Shown here in pieces: positions 28,486-37,774 of a stretch of 64,000 nt of DNA; position 1 is the first letter of the stretch; every line of letters begins with the position of its first letter. The translations under genes and the position numbers were made by a program. This stretch comes from Polaromonas sp. UBA5171 (GTDB lineage Bacteria; Pseudomonadota; Gammaproteobacteria; Burkholderiales; Burkholderiaceae_C). The notes under the pieces were generated by a model. The model was not told where the DNA came from. It did not search any database and saw nothing but the letters and a program-made list of their open reading frames with translations. Location: assembly GCA_002413395.1 (NCBI GenBank), contig DHWX01000125.1, forward strand, positions 7,676 through 71,675, read 5' to 3'.

Positions 28486-28651
28486 TCGTAGCGGTAGCGC
28501 CGGGCCGACCCAAGCAGGTTCAGCCCCTTCGGAGGGAAGCGCAGTACACGAAGTGACAAGCGTGGGGGCCCGCTTCGCCGCCGGGGCGTTCCAAAGCGAA
28601 GTAGCCCCCTCGGGGAGCAGAGAGCTACACAAAGTGAGCGAACGTGGGGGC
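28486..28651 (-). repeat. ~80-nt GC-rich structured repeat, two tandem units filling the guaB-guaA spacer
   Basis: Unit 28571-28651 is CGCTTCGCCGCCGGGGCGTTCCAAAGCGAAGTAGCCCCCTCGGGGAGCAGAGAGCTACACAAAGTGAGCGAACGTGGGGGC. A more diverged unit lies at 28486-28569. Related copies are at 34298, 44729, 48017 and 58807. Confidence 0.85.
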
Positions 28652-28659
28652 ACCATCTA

Positions 28660-30129
28660 TTATTCTGCCCGGTAGTTCGGCGCTTCCTTGGTGATCTGCA
28701 CGTCATGGACATGGCTTTCGCGGATGCCGGCGCTGGTGATCTCGACAAACTCGGCCTTGTTGCGCATGTCTTCAATGGTGGCGCAGCCGCAATAACCCAT
28801 GCTGGCCCGCAAGCCGCCAGCCATCTGGTAAACGATGGTGACCATCGAGCCCTTGTAGGGAACGCGGCCCTCAATGCCTTCAGGCACCAGCTTGTCGGCA
28901 TTCGGGTTGCCGGTACTCGACTCCTGAAAGTAGCGGTCGGCACTGCCCTGCTGCATGGCTCCGATGCTGCCCATGCCGCGGTAGCTCTTATAGCTTCGGC
29001 CCTGGTACAAAATGACTTCGCCGGGCGCCTCTTCGGTGCCGGCAAACATGCCGCCCATCATCACGGTGCTGGCACCGGCGGCGATAGCCTTGGCAATGTC
29101 GCCGCTGTAGCGAACGCCACCGTCGGCAATCAGCGGAACGCCGCTGCCACGCAGGGCCATTGCGACACTGTCAATCGCCATAATCTGCGGCACCCCCACG
29201 CCCGCGACGATGCGGGTGGTGCAGATACTGCCTGGGCCAATGCCAACTTTTACTGCGTCGGCCCCGGCCTCTACCAGCGCCAATGCGGCGGCACCGGTGG
29301 CAATATTGCCGCCTATCACGTCGATCTGCGGATAATTCTTCTTGACCCAGCGCACACGCTCAATGACGCCATGGCTGTGGCCATGGGCCGTATCAACCAC
29401 GATGGCATCCACGCCAGCCCGGACCAGCGCTTCGACGCGCTCTTCCGTCCCTTCGCCAACGCCGACCGCGGCACCCACGCGCAGGCGGCCCGAGGCGTCG
29501 CGTGCGGCATTGGGAAAATTGGTTTGCTTGGTAATGTCCTTGACCGTGATCAGACCTTTGAGTTCAAAGTCGTCGTTGACCACCAGCACGCGTTCGAGCT
29601 TGTATTTGTTGAGCAGGGCCTTGGCTTCAGCGGCAGAAGTGCCCTCCTTGACTGTGATCAGTTTTTCGCGCGGCGTCATGATCTGGTGAGCCTTGACGTC
29701 GTAACGGGTTTCAAAGCGCAGGTCGCGACTGGTCACGATGCCTACCACTTTGCCACCGTCACACACCGGAAAACCAGAGATGCCGAGTTGCTCGGACAGC
29801 TCAAGAATCTGCAACACGGTGTGCTCCGGCGTGATGACCACGGGATCGCGGACCACGCCTGACTCGTAGCGCTTGACCTTGGCCACCTGGGCAGCCTGCT
29901 GCTGCGGTGTCAGATTTTTATGAATGATGCCAATGCCGCCTTCCTGGGCGATGGCAATCGCCAGCCGACCTTCGGTCACCGTATCCATGGCGGCCGATAC
30001 AAGCGGCAGGTTCAACTGAATATTTCGGGAAAACTGGGTGGAGAGCGAGGCGTCCTTGGGCAGGACCTGGGAGAACGCTGGCACCAATAACACGTCGTCG
30101 AAGGTGAGCGCTTTGCCGAGTAGGCGCAT
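28660..30129 (-). CDS. guaB: IMP dehydrogenase
   Basis: ORF 28660-30225. The start is ATG 30129 ([17 protein letters not shown]). It has a CBS pair and the catalytic loop [11 protein letters not shown]. Confidence 0.95.
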   Translation of the reverse strand: MRLLGKALTFDDVLLVPAFSQVLPKDASLSTQFSRNIQLNLPLVSAAMDTVTEGRLAIAIAQEGGIGIIHKNLTPQQQAAQVAKVKRYESGVVRDPVVITPEHTVLQILELSEQLGISGFPVCDGGKVVGIVTSRDLRFETRYDVKAHQIMTPREKLITVKEGTSAAEAKALLNKYKLERVLVVNDDFELKGLITVKDITKQTNFPNAARDASGRLRVGAAVGVGEGTEERVEALVRAGVDAIVVDTAHGHSHGVIERVRWVKKNYPQIDVIGGNIATGAAALALVEAGADAVKVGIGPGSICTTRIVAGVGVPQIMAIDSVAMALRGSGVPLIADGGVRYSGDIAKAIAAGASTVMMGGMFAGTEEAPGEVILYQGRSYKSYRGMGSIGAMQQGSADRYFQESSTGNPNADKLVPEGIEGRVPYKGSMVTIVYQMAGGLRASMGYCGCATIEDMRNKAEFVEITSAGIRESHVHDVQITKEAPNYRAE

Positions 30130-30278
30130 AGGGAAAGCTCCAAATGGCCGATTGTAACCTTGCCGCCTGAACCCGCCGCGCCTGCTGCCGACCCGCGGGC
30201 GTTGCACCCAGAATGCAAAAAGCATGCTTTACCACCCGCTTTGCGGGAAATTGCATCGCCCCGCGCTACACTGGCGAA

Positions 30279-30812
30279 ATGGACTTCAAACTCGCGTCAA
30301 GAACCCTTGTTTTGACCCTCGTTGGTGGGTTATTTTCCCTCACCGCGATGGCCCAATGGCAATGGATCGACAAGGATGGCCGCAAGGTCTTCAGCGACCG
30401 TGCGCCACCCACCGACATTCAGGAAAAAAACATCCTCAAACGCCCTGGTCGAACCAATCAGTTGCCGATTACGTTGGCCGGTGAGAGCATGGCCAATTCC
30501 CCCGCCAAAGCAGCCTCCGCCCCATTGTTCACAGCCAGCGCTCCCAGGTTGTCAGGCAAGGACGCACAACTTGAAGCGAAGAAAAAACAGGCCGAAGAGG
30601 AAGAAGCCACCCAAAGAAAAGTGGAAGAAGAAAAACAGGCAAAAGCCAGAGCCGACAACTGCGACCGCGCCAAAAAAGGTCTGGCCAGCTTTCAGTCGGG
30701 CGTCCGGATTTCCGTTATCAACGCCACGGGCGAGCGCGAGTTCATGGATGACAATGCCCGTGCGGCAGAGACAAAGCGCCTTCAGGGTATCGCAGACAGC
30801 GACTGCAAATAA
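30279..30812 (+). CDS. DUF4124 domain-containing periplasmic protein
   Basis: ATG 30279. A signal peptide is followed by WQWIDKDGRKVFSDRAPP (the DUF4124 pattern) and a charged coiled region. Confidence 0.7.
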   Translation: MDFKLASRTLVLTLVGGLFSLTAMAQWQWIDKDGRKVFSDRAPPTDIQEKNILKRPGRTNQLPITLAGESMANSPAKAASAPLFTASAPRLSGKDAQLEAKKKQAEEEEATQRKVEEEKQAKARADNCDRAKKGLASFQSGVRISVINATGEREFMDDNARAAETKRLQGIADSDCK

Positions 30813-30839
30813 GCTCTGGCGCAGGCAAGCGATGTCGCT

Positions 30840-31187
30840 TCAGTACCCGGCTTTGGCCCCAGCGCGAGTTCTGGTGAACAAACCGGCTGTTTTCACACCC
30901 TGGCGGTTAAACCGTTCGCGCCGCGCAACTTTGGGATCCACCTGCAAACCACGGTAAATTTCCACCCGGTCCAAGTTGTTCAGCACATGCGTCAACCCGT
31001 TCTTTTGGCCCCAAATTCCAGTCTTCAGACAGGCCGCCTGCAATTCCGGAAATTCCTTAAGCACACCGCACGCCGAAATCGCCTGCGCGACCGTGCTGCC
31101 CAAAGCAAGCTCCATCACCCATTCACAAACCCGCCGGGGTCCGGGCGAATAGACCAGAGATATTTTCACGAAGTCACCCACCTTCAA
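30840..31187 (-). CDS. rnfH: RnfH family protein (UPF0125)
   Basis: 115-aa ORF with a ubiquitin-like RnfH pattern (ISLVYSPGP...VEIYRGLQVDPK). It lies downstream of ratA as in other proteobacteria. The start may instead be GTG 31169. Confidence 0.8.
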   Translation of the reverse strand: MKVGDFVKISLVYSPGPRRVCEWVMELALGSTVAQAISACGVLKEFPELQAACLKTGIWGQKNGLTHVLNNLDRVEIYRGLQVDPKVARRERFNRQGVKTAGLFTRTRAGAKAGY

Positions 31188-31630
31188 CCCTCGCCATAAA
31201 CCTGAGACGCCCGTTTGACAAAGGCATCGACCAGGCTGCCAGCAATCCTGTCAAACACCGGTCCGACCAGCGCCGCCAGCGCCACATTGTCGAAGCCATA
31301 ACGCAAGACGAGCTCGACCTTGCAGGCACGCTGGGTGCCATCGCCCAGCGGGTAAAAGTGCCAGTCGCCATCCAGCCTTGAAAACGGCCCATCAACCAGT
31401 TTGAGACTGACGCGGCGGTCTTTTTCGTGGACGTTGCGCGTGGTGAAGCTTTGCGTCAGTCCAGCAATGGACAGACCCACCTCGGCCGTCATGCCCAGTT
31501 CGGTTTCTTCAAGGACCGAGGCCCGGTTGCACCAGGGCAAAAACTGCGGATAGCTGGCCACATCGGTGACCAGCGAAAACATTTCCGCGGCGCTGTACCA
31601 GATGAGGACGGACTTGTGAACGGTTTTCAT
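31184..31630 (-). CDS. ratA: SRPBCC-fold RatA/CoQ-binding family protein
   Basis: ATG 31630 ([34 protein letters not shown]). It is divergent from smpB, the conserved arrangement. Confidence 0.82.
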   Translation of the reverse strand: MKTVHKSVLIWYSAAEMFSLVTDVASYPQFLPWCNRASVLEETELGMTAEVGLSIAGLTQSFTTRNVHEKDRRVSLKLVDGPFSRLDGDWHFYPLGDGTQRACKVELVLRYGFDNVALAALVGPVFDRIAGSLVDAFVKRASQVYGEG

Positions 31631-31684
31631 ACAATCGTTGATTCGGCTGATTGTATTAGTCCCCACCGCCCTTACCTCTTAGCC

Positions 31685-32218
31685 ATGGCCACTAAAGAAG
31701 CATCCTCCTCCAAAAAATCAGCCGCGGCCTCATCCGGCAAAACTTCCGCGAAGGCCGCAGCTGCGGCCGTACGCATTGCCGACAACAAAAAAGCCACTTT
31801 CAACTACCAGATTGAAGAACGCTTTGAGGCCGGCATGGTGCTCGAAGGCTGGGAAGTGAAATCCGTGCGCGAAGGCAAGGTGCAGCTCACTGACGGCTAT
31901 GTGGTGATCCGCAACGGCGAGCTCTTCCTTATCGGTTGCCAGATCAATCCGCTGGGCACCGCCTCGACCCACGTCCGCCCGGATGCCGTGCGGACCAAGA
32001 AGCTGCTGATGCACAAGGACGAAATTCGCCGGCTGATTGGCAAGGTCGAGCAAAAGGGTTTCACCCTGGTGCCGCTGAACATGCACTGGAAGGCGGGCAA
32101 GGTGAAGTGCGAGATTGGTCTGGCCAAGGGCAAGGGCGAGCATGACAAGCGCAACACCATCAAGGACCGCGAAGGCAAACGCGAGGTCGAACGCGTCATG
32201 AAATCCAGAAACCGCTGA
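31685..32218 (+). CDS. smpB: SsrA-binding protein SmpB
   Basis: ATG 31685. It shows the SmpB pattern [27 protein letters not shown]...HKDEI. Confidence 0.93.
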   Translation: MATKEASSSKKSAAASSGKTSAKAAAAAVRIADNKKATFNYQIEERFEAGMVLEGWEVKSVREGKVQLTDGYVVIRNGELFLIGCQINPLGTASTHVRPDAVRTKKLLMHKDEIRRLIGKVEQKGFTLVPLNMHWKAGKVKCEIGLAKGKGEHDKRNTIKDREGKREVERVMKSRNR

Positions 32219-32228
32219 GGAACACTGG

Positions 32229-33374
32229 CTACAAGCCGTGCATCGGGTGCGCCTCGGCGGACCAGGGACTTTCAAAGAACGCTGCCACCATGGCGGGCGT
32301 CACTTCCTCGATGTGCGCCGGCTTCCAGCGTGGTTTGTAGTCCTTGTCAATGGCCAGTGCGCGGATGCCTTCAACCGCCTCGCTCCGCGTGCCGGGTTGC
32401 ACATGAAAGCAGTGGTGCATCATGCAGCGTTCCATGCGCAACTCATCGGCCAACGTCATGGTGCGGGCGCGGCGAATCTGCTCCAGCGTTACATGCAACA
32501 TCAGGGGCGAGCGCTTGCGTAAGGTGGCCGCCACCCGGTGCGACCAGTCACTGCTTGCTGCTTCCAGCGCCTTGACTATCTGCGTCATCGAAGGCTGCGA
32601 AAAGTATTCATCCAATTCAGCTTCAGCCAAATACGCCCCCCCACTATCAGCCCCCAAATGCGCAGCAATCCAGGCATCCACTTCCGCGCCATCCCGAAAA
32701 GTGCAGCCTGCCAGCGCGTCCCATAGCGCAGGTAAACGGGCCGCCTCCAGCCTGACATCTGCCAGGCCAAAGCGGATGGCGTCGTCGGCACCGATGATGT
32801 CACCGGTCAGCGCCAGGTACTCGCCAACATGACCCGGGCAATGGCTCAGGAAATAACCACCGCCAACATCGGGGAACAACCCGATGTTGGTCTCTGGCAT
32901 GGCCATCTTGGTGTGCTCGGTGACGATGCGAACGCTGGCACCCTGGCCAATACCCATGCCGCCACCCATAACAATACCGTCCATGAAAGCAATGAAGGGT
33001 TTTGAATAGCTGTGAATCAGGTGGTTGAGGGTGTATTCCGTGGTGAAAAAATCGTCCAGCGCCGGGTCTGCAGCCAATGCGGCCTGATGAAAAAAACGGA
33101 TATCGCCGCCAGCGCAAAAACCACCAAAAAGGCTCTCCGGGCTGCCCGGGCGACCCACCTTGTTGGTGCCGCGAATCGCCACGACCTGCACCGCCGGATC
33201 ATCGCGCCAGCTCCGCAGAGTGGCCAGCAGTTCGCGCACCATCGGCAGCGACAGCGCATTGAGTGCCTTGGGCCGATTCAGGGTCATCAGCCCGACGCTG
33301 CCGCGCCGCTGCACAACCAGTTCGCTTTTTATCTCAGTATTGACAGCCTCTACATGCACGATCTTCGCCTCCAT
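32229..33374 (-). CDS. Enoyl-CoA hydratase/isomerase family protein (3-hydroxyisobutyryl-CoA hydrolase-like)
   Basis: 381-aa ORF with a crotonase fold (FCAGGDIR...MGGGMGI) and a long C-terminal ECH_2 extension. Confidence 0.82.
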   Translation of the reverse strand: MEAKIVHVEAVNTEIKSELVVQRRGSVGLMTLNRPKALNALSLPMVRELLATLRSWRDDPAVQVVAIRGTNKVGRPGSPESLFGGFCAGGDIRFFHQAALAADPALDDFFTTEYTLNHLIHSYSKPFIAFMDGIVMGGGMGIGQGASVRIVTEHTKMAMPETNIGLFPDVGGGYFLSHCPGHVGEYLALTGDIIGADDAIRFGLADVRLEAARLPALWDALAGCTFRDGAEVDAWIAAHLGADSGGAYLAEAELDEYFSQPSMTQIVKALEAASSDWSHRVAATLRKRSPLMLHVTLEQIRRARTMTLADELRMERCMMHHCFHVQPGTRSEAVEGIRALAIDKDYKPRWKPAHIEEVTPAMVAAFFESPWSAEAHPMHGL

Positions 33375-34231
33375 CCAACCAGTTCATTGGCCACCAGCGC
33401 GCCAATCACCAGCGCACCGCCAGTCAGCACATTCGGGCCGGGCACTTCGCCCGCGCCCAACCATGCCAGCAAAATACCAAAAATCACTTCAAGCAGCCCC
33501 AGCAGCGCCACTTCCGGTGCCTTGAGCACCCGGGCACACAGCACCAGCAGCACGCAGGGAATGGCCAGTTGAAACAGCCCGAGCAGGGCCAGCAAGCCGA
33601 TGTCGTGCGGCGTGGCCGCGAGAGGGAAAGACAGCGGCAAGGTCACCAGTGTCGAAATCACGGCTCCCAGCAGCACGGCCGGAACCAGGTCGATGTTGCG
33701 GCCCTGCGCGCGGCTGTGCTGCACCACTGTCCAGTTGCTGGCGGCAGCCAGCGGCACCATCAGGGCCACCAACGTGCCACCGAAGTTGCTGGCAAAGTCC
33801 AATTTTCCGGCATACATCCATGCAATTCCGACACTTGCCGTTGCAATGGCAACCCAGGTGCGCCCCGGAATGCGGTAGCCGTTGACAACGCGGGCCAGCA
33901 AGGCGGTAAATAACGGGCCGAGTGACAGGGTAATCAGCACATTGGCCACAGTGGTGAGTGTCAGCGCCACCATGAAAGCGGTAAACATCACACTCCAGCA
34001 CACGCCGGACAGCCACAGCGCCAGACCGGCGTGGCGAATTCGCGTGAACACCACCCGTCCCTGAAAAAATGGCAGTATCACCAGCAACGAGAGCACCGTG
34101 AAAAAACTGCGCCAGAAAGTGATCTCAAAACTGTGGGCCGCCTCAAGACGGCGCGTGACCACACCTGCGACGGACCACAACAGGGTCACCAGCACCATCA
34201 AGGCAACCGCCCGGGAATGCGTCAGCTTCAT
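33350..34231 (-). CDS. DMT superfamily (EamA-like) transporter
   Basis: 293-aa ORF with about ten hydrophobic segments in two EamA-like halves. Confidence 0.8.
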   Translation of the reverse strand: MKLTHSRAVALMVLVTLLWSVAGVVTRRLEAAHSFEITFWRSFFTVLSLLVILPFFQGRVVFTRIRHAGLALWLSGVCWSVMFTAFMVALTLTTVANVLITLSLGPLFTALLARVVNGYRIPGRTWVAIATASVGIAWMYAGKLDFASNFGGTLVALMVPLAAASNWTVVQHSRAQGRNIDLVPAVLLGAVISTLVTLPLSFPLAATPHDIGLLALLGLFQLAIPCVLLVLCARVLKAPEVALLGLLEVIFGILLAWLGAGEVPGPNVLTGGALVIGALVANELVGWRRRSCM

Positions 34232-34297
34232 GGCACAGCAAAACCCTAAACGGACCCAGCCCGCGCGCGCCGAACGCCGTCCTGCGAGGCTTTACAG

Positions 34298-34378
34298 CGT
34301 GCGCAGCATAGGGCCGTCTCAAGCAAGCACAGCCCCCTCGAGGGACCGCCCAGCACACCAAATAACAAGCGCGGGGAC
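34298..34378 (-). repeat. ~80-nt GC-rich structured repeat, copy in the typA-DMT spacer
   Basis: ...GTGCGCAGCATAGGGCCGTCTCAAGCAAGCACAGCCCCCTCGAGGGACCGCCCAGCACACCAAATAACAAGCGCGGGGA aligns by eye with the guaBA unit. It ends 4 nt from the typA stop. The flank 34255-34297 may be a degenerate partial unit. Confidence 0.65.
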
Positions 34379-34381
34379 AAG

Positions 34382-36205
34382 TTAACGGCCCGCACGCTTG
34401 CGCTCATGCTCTTTCAGGTAGCGCTTGCGCAGCCGGATGGATTTTGGCGTGATTTCAACCAGCTCATCGTCTTCAATGAACTCGACCGCGTATTCCAGAC
34501 TGAGTTGAATCGGCGGCGTGATCTTGATCGCGTCTTCCTTGCCGCTGACGCGGAAGTTGGTGAGCTGCTTCATGCGCACGGCGTTGACTACCAGATCGTT
34601 GTCGCGGCTGTGAATGCCGACGATCATGCCTTCATAAACCGGATCTCCCGCCTTGACAAACATGCGGCCGCGATCATCGAGCTTGCCCAGCGCGTAGGTG
34701 ACGATTTCACCATCATCCATGCTGATCAGCACCCCCGACTTGCGGCTTTCAATCTCGCCCTTGTAAGCCTCGTAGCCGTCAAAGATGTTGCTGGCCAGAC
34801 CGGTGCCACGCGTCAGGTTCAAAAATTCATTCTGGAAACCAATCAGCGCGCGCGCGGGGATGCGGTATTCGAGGCGGGTGCGGCCACGACCGTCCGGTTC
34901 CATGTTGAGCAGCTCGCCCTTGCGCAAACCCAGCGCCTGCATCACGCCGCCCTGGTGCTCGTCTTCCACATCCACCGTCAGCAGCTCGATCGGCTCATGG
35001 CGTTCGCCATTGACTTCCTTGAACACCACGCGAGGCTTGGAAACGGCCAGTTCGTAACCTTCGCGCCGCATGTTTTCCAGCAGGATGGTCAGGTGCAATT
35101 CACCCCGTCCCGACACCTCGTAAATGCCTTCTTCGTCGGTATCGCGCACGCGCAGGGCCACATTGGCCTGCAGCTCCTTGTCAAGGCGGTCACGCAACTG
35201 GCGGCTGGTGACAAACTTGCCCTCGCGGCCGGCCAGCGGCGAGTTGTTGACGCAAAAATTCATGGTCAGCGTTGGCTCGTCAATCTTCAGCATCGGCAGC
35301 GGAACCGGGTTGAGCGGGTCGGTCAGCGTGACGCCAATGTTGACCTGCTCGATCCCGCTGATCAAAACGATCTCGCCCGGTCCTGCCTCGGTAGTTGCCA
35401 CACGTTCCAGACCATCAAATGTCAGGATTTGCTGGACCTTGGCCTTGCTCGATTTGCCGTCCGGACCTTCCATGACGAGCACTTCCTGGTTGGTCTTGAT
35501 CGTTCCCTGGGTGATACGGCCCACGCCGATACGGCCCACGTAGGTCGAGTAGTCGAGTGAGCTGATCTGCAGTTGCAATGGCGCCGCCGGATCGCCAGTG
35601 TTGGCAGGCACATGCTTGAGCACCGTGTCAAACAGCGGCGAAAGATCCTTGCCCCACTGCTCGCCGGGCTCACCTTCTTCCAGCGTCGCCCAGCCGTTCA
35701 GGCCGGAGGCATACACCACGGGAAAATCAAGTTGTTCTTCGGTGGCGCCCAGCTTGTCAAACAGGTCAAAGGCGGCATTGATGACATAGTCTGGCCTGGC
35801 CCCGGGACGGTCCACCTTGTTGACCACCACGATCGGCTTGAGACCCAGCGCCAGCGCTTTTTTTGTCACAAATCGGGTTTGCGGCATCGGGCCTTCGACC
35901 GCGTCAATCAGCAGCATCACGCCATCGACCATCGACAGCGCGCGCTCAACCTCACCGCCAAAATCGGCGTGGCCGGGCGTATCGACAATATTGATGTGTG
36001 TGCCCTGCCAGGTTACGGCACAATTTTTGGCCAGAATGGTGATGCCACGCTCTTTTTCAAGGTCGTTGTTGTCCATCACGCGCTCGGCAACTTTTTCGTT
36101 GCTGCGGAAGGTGCCCGACTGGCGCAGCAGCATATCCACCAGGGTGGTTTTCCCATGGTCAACGTGGGCGATGATGGCGATGTTGCGAATTTGTTTGTGA
36201 CTCAT
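34382..36205 (-). CDS. typA: Translational GTPase TypA/BipA
   Basis: 607-aa ORF with [21 protein letters not shown] and NKVD motifs. Confidence 0.96.
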   Translation of the reverse strand: MSHKQIRNIAIIAHVDHGKTTLVDMLLRQSGTFRSNEKVAERVMDNNDLEKERGITILAKNCAVTWQGTHINIVDTPGHADFGGEVERALSMVDGVMLLIDAVEGPMPQTRFVTKKALALGLKPIVVVNKVDRPGARPDYVINAAFDLFDKLGATEEQLDFPVVYASGLNGWATLEEGEPGEQWGKDLSPLFDTVLKHVPANTGDPAAPLQLQISSLDYSTYVGRIGVGRITQGTIKTNQEVLVMEGPDGKSSKAKVQQILTFDGLERVATTEAGPGEIVLISGIEQVNIGVTLTDPLNPVPLPMLKIDEPTLTMNFCVNNSPLAGREGKFVTSRQLRDRLDKELQANVALRVRDTDEEGIYEVSGRGELHLTILLENMRREGYELAVSKPRVVFKEVNGERHEPIELLTVDVEDEHQGGVMQALGLRKGELLNMEPDGRGRTRLEYRIPARALIGFQNEFLNLTRGTGLASNIFDGYEAYKGEIESRKSGVLISMDDGEIVTYALGKLDDRGRMFVKAGDPVYEGMIVGIHSRDNDLVVNAVRMKQLTNFRVSGKEDAIKITPPIQLSLEYAVEFIEDDELVEITPKSIRLRKRYLKEHERKRAGR

Positions 36206-36243
36206 GCTTGACTTTCTGGAGACTTGGGAATTGCGGTACGGGG

Positions 36244-37278
36244 TTAATGTTGAAAAGGGAAACTGCCGACGCCGAATGGCACGGCCGTAAAGCTTTCTGG
36301 GAAAACCGGGGTGGTTTGCAGGATGTCCTGTATTTCAATCGGGCTCAGCAGACGCTGGGGAATCAGCTCATCAGCTGTGACATGGGCCGAACCCAAAAAA
36401 GCTCGCGGCTCAGCGCCATACACCTGCACCAGCGGCGCGTCAGGGCCCCACTGGCCGGGTCCACCGCGGCGGCGCAGGCCACTCAAAAACCGTCCTGCAT
36501 TGTCGGCGTCCAATGTGACCGTCGGGAACGCGGCCACCAGTGACTGCACCGGCAGCAGGCAGGCTTCGCGCTGCGCCTCGGTCATGGCCCCCAGCGCGGG
36601 CAAGCTCACACACTGCGCTGCGCTGAAGCCACCCGTCTCCAGCCGCCGCAACGCACCCAGATACGCGCCGCAGCCGAGCGCCTCTCCAATGTCTTCGCCC
36701 AACGTGCGAATATAGGTACCCTTGCTGCAGCTTACTATGATTTTAATAGTTGCTTGTGCAGGTAAATTATTAGCCAGAGCCATATTCAGTTTGTAAATCG
36801 TGATGTAACGCGCTTCCCGCTCCACGTCTTGCCCCTGGCGCGCATATTCGTAGAGCGCCTTGCCGTCTTTCTTGAGTGCCGAATACATCGGCGGCACTTG
36901 CGTTTGTGGGCCAGTAAAGCGCTCCGTCATGGCCTGCAGCAGCTCGGGCGTAATCATCGGCACCGGGCGCATCTCAATCACGTCACCCTCGGCATCGCCG
37001 GTGCTGGTTTTCTGCCCCAGCAACAGCGTCGCCTCATAGGTTTTGTCGGCATCGAGCTGAATCTGGCTGAACTTGGTGGCCGCGCCAAAGCACAGCGGCA
37101 GCACGCCGGTGGCCAGTGGATCAAGCGTACCGGTATGACCGGCCTTGTCGGCACGCAGCAACCATTTGACCTTTTGCAGCGCCTGATTGCTCGACAGTCC
37201 CAGCGGCTTGTCGAGCAGCAGCACGCCATGCACGGGACGTCGCTGAATCTTTTCGCGGTGAGAGGAGGTTTGCGTCAT
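36244..37278 (-). CDS. truB: tRNA pseudouridine(55) synthase TruB
   Basis: 344-aa ORF with the catalytic motif GHTGTLDPLATGVLPL and a C-terminal PUA-like extension. Confidence 0.92.
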   Translation of the reverse strand: MTQTSSHREKIQRRPVHGVLLLDKPLGLSSNQALQKVKWLLRADKAGHTGTLDPLATGVLPLCFGAATKFSQIQLDADKTYEATLLLGQKTSTGDAEGDVIEMRPVPMITPELLQAMTERFTGPQTQVPPMYSALKKDGKALYEYARQGQDVEREARYITIYKLNMALANNLPAQATIKIIVSCSKGTYIRTLGEDIGEALGCGAYLGALRRLETGGFSAAQCVSLPALGAMTEAQREACLLPVQSLVAAFPTVTLDADNAGRFLSGLRRRGGPGQWGPDAPLVQVYGAEPRAFLGSAHVTADELIPQRLLSPIEIQDILQTTPVFPESFTAVPFGVGSFPFQH

Positions 37279-37280
37279 AA

Positions 37281-37359
37281 GGTTTCGACAGGCTCAACGC
37301 GAACGGCTTTGCCACACGCGGTAGATACCGTTCACCCTGAGCCTGCCCGAGGGGAACGG
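37281..37359. repeat. REP-like imperfect palindromic element in the truB-rbfA spacer
   Basis: GGTTTCGACAGGCTCAACGCGAACGG (37281-37306) is the inverted counterpart of CCGTTCACCCTGAGCCTGCCCGAGGGG (37328-37354). The second arm is closed by CCGTTC...GAACGG. Confidence 0.5.
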
Positions 37360-37365
37360 TACGCT

Positions 37366-37734
37366 TCAGTCGTCCTGGGCGCGGGAAGAAACCGCCTTGG
37401 CGATCAGAGCGTTCAGGTCTGCCGCACGTTCGATAGTGCGGTCAAACTGGAAATGCAGTGTTGGCACCGTGTGGATCATCAGGCGCTTGAACAAGCCATT
37501 GCGCAAAAAACCGGCGGCCTGATTGAGCGCGACTTCGCACTCCTTCGGGTCGCCGACCAACACGCTGAAAAACACCTTGGCATGCGCGTAATCAGGCGTG
37601 ACTTCCACTGCCTGAATCGTCACCATTCCCACCCGCGGATCTTTCAGTTCGCGCGCGATCAACTCGGTCAGATCGCGCTGGATCTGATCGGCAACACGAA
37701 AGCCGCGATTGGGGGTGGATGACTTTTTACGCAT
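37366..37734 (-). CDS. rbfA: 30S ribosome-binding factor RbfA
   Basis: ATG 37734. It shows the RbfA pattern [27 protein letters not shown]. Confidence 0.92.
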   Translation of the reverse strand: MRKKSSTPNRGFRVADQIQRDLTELIARELKDPRVGMVTIQAVEVTPDYAHAKVFFSVLVGDPKECEVALNQAAGFLRNGLFKRLMIHTVPTLHFQFDRTIERAADLNALIAKAVSSRAQDD

Positions 37735-37774
37735 GGAATTGCACAAGGATGGGGGGTCTGAACGGCGGACCGTC

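Noticed and set aside
28486-28651. Possible CRISPR array (tandem ~81-nt repeats).
   Set aside because: There are only two directly abutting units with no unique spacers between them. The same unit occurs singly at four other loci, and no cas genes are present. It is an interspersed repeat, not a CRISPR.
26850-29045. A 731-aa guaA ORF with a 190-aa N-terminal extension.
   Set aside because: The extension is read-through of the repeat-filled guaB-guaA spacer and the guaB 3' end in another frame. GuaA homology starts at [14 protein letters not shown] (ATG 28472).
32219-32228. tmRNA (ssrA) gene next to smpB.
   Set aside because: smpB is followed after 10 nt by a convergent enoyl-CoA hydratase gene. 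No tRNA-like acceptor or TpsiC sequences occur in the neighbouring spacers, so ssrA must be elsewhere.
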